Positions 61,304 through 64,000 of a stretch of DNA of 64,000 nt are shown piece after piece. Position numbers and translations under genes: made by a program. The notes below the pieces were generated by a model, which saw only the letters and a program-made list of their open reading frames with translations, searched no databases and was not told where the DNA came from. Position 1 is the stretch's first letter; the number at the start of each line of letters is the position of its first letter. The stretch lies in contig JANOSY010000014.1 in assembly GCA_031416075.1 (NCBI GenBank), positions 63,157-127,156 of the forward strand, read 5' to 3'. The DNA is from Candidatus Tenderia sp. (lineage in GTDB: Bacteria > Pseudomonadota > Gammaproteobacteria > Tenderiales > Tenderiaceae).

Positions 61304-62834
61304 GAATGGCACTTACTTAAGCTTCTGAGGATGTCCATTTTTCTTCACCTCAGCTCTGGCTTGATCACGTGGTTTCGTAAGCAAAGGGTAAGGCTTCGGT
61401 CGTCGTTTAATGGCACGTGGCTCAATACGCCCTGGACGATTTCCAACCCGTTGTTGCGCAATCAATGCAAACAGTTCGGAAAGCACGTCATCCTCATAAC
61501 CCATGCCTCGTTGATTCCATGCCACCCAAAGTTGAAGGGTATGTTTGAAGCTGAGTTCACGGGGTAGCTTGTCTGCCAATAAGGCGGATTGAGCCATGAT
61601 TAGCCGGATCAGGTTATCAGCCAGCAGATATACCCAGATCTCCTTGACGACCATCTCTGGCGTCTTGCAGCTCAACACCTCCATGCCCAAGGTGGTTTTG
61701 ATGTTGCGCAGATCCAGTTCAACATGCCAGCGGTTACGATAAAACTCTTTAAGTGCAGCCTTGGGCATCTGTTTTGGACACAGTAACGTTGTCACCAGAA
61801 TTTTGTTGCCCGTTTTCAACTCCCTTACCGTCAATGTCTCTGGGGCGCTCTCATAATGCTCCTGGGACATCCAGTCAGGTTTAATCTTTGGCTTGCACAA
61901 TACAATCAGAGGGTCGTGCTGCCCCAATCGCTGGCCACGGCGAAAGTCGGTGCTGCGTTTCCGTGCCCCTTGCTGTTCAAAGACTGCATTCACGTTTCGA
62001 CGTTGCAGCTCACACAGCAAAAAATAGCTGGCGTAATAGGCGTCACCCAACAGAATGTCACCTGAGTTGAGTGTGTCGAGCATCGTGCGCAACAAAGATT
62101 GCTCATCACTGCCCTCGCCTAGAGGCGCCTACTTTTGGTGCCCTGGCAACTACCGATGGCGGCATTGAGCACGGCTCCACTCCCCAGACATATCAGCGCC
62201 ACAAGGCGGGATAAGGGAAAACCCAATCCGGGTTTTTGACTATTCGGCTGTGGGAAGCGTTCTTGATTAGCGAGAGTATCGGGCAACGATACCGTCGTGC
62301 CATCGACCCGTCGTACGGGGTGATTTTGATAATGCCAAGCGTTGGGCGCCTGCTTTGTGATCAATTGTCCTGTGCGATGGACCAGTGCACTCACCATCTC
62401 CGTCGGCAGCCTTTTCCTCGCCTGACAATAAGCGCCTGTATGAGTACTGCAACCTGCCAAGCCACCGGCCAAGCGTTTGATGGCGGCTTCATTCACAGCT
62501 TTCTGGCATGCACGGTCTGCGCTTAGGGCCTGCGCCAAAAACATCGATAATGTCTCTGTGGGTGGGAACAGTCTTTCACGATGATCGGGCAGTAATGATT
62601 CAATGTCATTTAGCAATTGCGAGCTGGTCAGTAGATTGAAAAAGTCATAAGAATCGGTGTTCGCAGCTCGAGTGTGGACGCGCCGCTGTTGATACTCACG
62701 TGGACTGTGGTTAGGATGCATTCTGGCTGGTTCCTTGGTGATGGGTGTTGGTTTCGCAGCTCATACCTTATCACCTTGGATCAGCCTTTTTAATCCTTTT
62801 AAATCATGTGGTTGTGGTTAAGTAAGTGCCATTC
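61304..62834 (-). mobile_element. IS4-family insertion sequence (1531 bp)
   Basis: Perfect 17-bp terminal inverted repeats GAATGGCACTTACTTAA / TTAAGTAAGTGCCATTC around a DDE transposase; no flanking direct repeat. Confidence 0.9.
61313..62721 (-). pseudogene. IS4-family transposase split by a 23-nt insertion
   Basis: VDGT in the N-half; GDAYY and the YREK motif (YRNRWHVELDLRNIK) in the C-half. The frames join as CQG-EGSDEQ if 62117-62139 is removed. Confidence 0.85.
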
Positions 62835-62988
62835 GTGTCTGACCCCATTACTTCTTCTGACCCCATTACTTCTTCTTGTCATAAATAATCGTGTCTGACC
62901 CCATTTATTACCCCATTTATTAGTGTCTGACCCCATTTATTACCATTTATTATGTCTGACCCCATTTATTCGTGACCCCATTTATTCG
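62835..62988. repeat. Cluster of variable-length direct repeats built on GTGTCTGACCCCATT
   Basis: Eight units of 10-22 nt, e.g. 62891-62910 = 62923-62942, with truncated copies at 62911-62922 and 62943-62952. Confidence 0.9.
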
Positions 62989-63209
62989 CAATTTTAACTA
63001 AATGGTGATTGAGTACAGTCATCCATCCCAATGGCAAAACCAACTTTAATGATCAAATACCGGCACGGTTCAAATCAGGGTGCCACTCAGATACCGTAAT
63101 AGCCCGCTGCCTACCACTCAACGCCTTCAATTAATTGCCGTTTTCCGGTTGGCATAGGCTCGTCTACTGGTACCCAAAACACACCGTTTTTGAACCGTGC
63201 CCAAATCCG

Positions 63210-63998
63210 CTACGGGCAGATTTGAGTGGATGTGCTCGCCCTCGCCCTTCCGCGGAGCGTCACGTCACGATCCTGAACGAGCGTCTGGCCTGCGGAGTTG
63301 CTGACCGACAAACGGAACGTTGCCACGGCCGGCTCGCCCGGTTCACACTGTGTGCCGCCAAACACGAACGGCGCGCTAAACGTGGCGGTTTGGCCGCCGG
63401 ACACCGTAACCGTCGGGTCGCCGCTGAGCCAGACCCAACTAAAACCGAACGGAGCAACGCCGCCTGACACACTTACGGTGGCGGTGCCGCTGATTGCTCC
63501 GCTGCCGGCACGGGACCACGTAAGGACCAGCGGCGTTGTGGTGACGATCATCGGCGATGGAAGGGGTGGCGGCGGTGGCGGCGGCGCGATGACCGGTGGG
63601 GACCACGGTATCAACCTCCCGACGCAAGTCGTGTCAGCCTCGTCGTTCGGAAACGGATGGATCTTGCAGGGCCGATACAAATACCCTGGCGGCAGGATAT
63701 CCGGCATACCAATCTCAAAGGGTCCTTCCACGCCGGGACTGATCGGCCCTACGAACAACGCGCGGAACAACGCATCACGGACCGCGGGTCGCCACGGCAC
63801 AAAGCCGGCGACAGAACGATAGCCCGAGGGAGACGCATAGCCCATGTCACGGCCATCGAAGCGACGCGGAGGGAAACCGAATGCGGTGGGTCTTGCCGGT
63901 GCAACGTCAAGCCATTGATGATTGCCATCCAGGCTCACGAAGGCATCGGCAACGATGTTCTCCGTGCCTGCGAAAGTGGGTGAACCATTTGCGTCGAC
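63210..63998 (-). CDS. C-terminal part of a hypothetical protein with a poly-Pro linker and Ig-like/SprB-like domain (5' end outside the window)
   Basis: The frame is open to the window end. PPPPPPP linker, then ATVSVSGGVAPFGFSW...F.L.VS.S.G; visibly GC-richer than the flanking genes. Confidence 0.6.
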   Translation of the reverse strand, partial: VDANGSPTFAGTENIVADAFVSLDGNHQWLDVAPARPTAFGFPPRRFDGRDMGYASPSGYRSVAGFVPWRPAVRDALFRALFVGPISPGVEGPFEIGMPDILPPGYLYRPCKIHPFPNDEADTTCVGRLIPWSPPVIAPPPPPPPLPSPMIVTTTPLVLTWSRAGSGAISGTATVSVSGGVAPFGFSWVWLSGDPTVTVSGGQTATFSAPFVFGGTQCEPGEPAVATFRLSVSNSAGQTLVQDRDVTLRGRARASTSTQICP

Positions 63999-64000
63999 GG

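Noticed and set aside
62835-62988. Possible CRISPR array
   Set aside because: No unique spacers, variable unit length and no cas genes.

Overview
Chromosomal segment of a gammaproteobacterium. The many c-type cytochromes suggest a chemolithotroph or microaerophile (inference). The housekeeping backbone is uvrA-yajR, parC-htpX, lon, nudF, aspS-nadA-yebC-ruvCAB-ybgC-tolQRAB-pal-cpoB-queEC-tRNA-Lys and slt. Accessory modules are interleaved with it: an RND efflux pair; a Fur-boxed porin/FMN-binding/PepSY iron operon; a convergent pecM/pecS-like pair; a cytochrome b-DHC/SHP/DHC heme operon; an Mla/Pqi-like ABC system; a PhoPQ-like two-component system; and SCO/PCuAC copper chaperones. The best candidate for an undescribed system is a five-gene operon at 21.6-26.2 kb. 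It couples a chemoreceptor to a MauG-type (probably Tyr-ligated) diheme peroxidase, a small type-1 cupredoxin and two paralogous diheme cytochromes c; the first cytochrome is cut off from its signal peptide by an in-frame TAG. Other notable signals are an in-frame palindromic repeat inside the RND permease, a candidate C-rich sRNA, a gene apparently lacking a canonical start codon, and a disrupted IS4-family element next to a stack of variable-length direct repeats at the edge of a GC-richer region. No CRISPR array or rRNA was seen. All calls come from motif recognition by eye; no database search was run.
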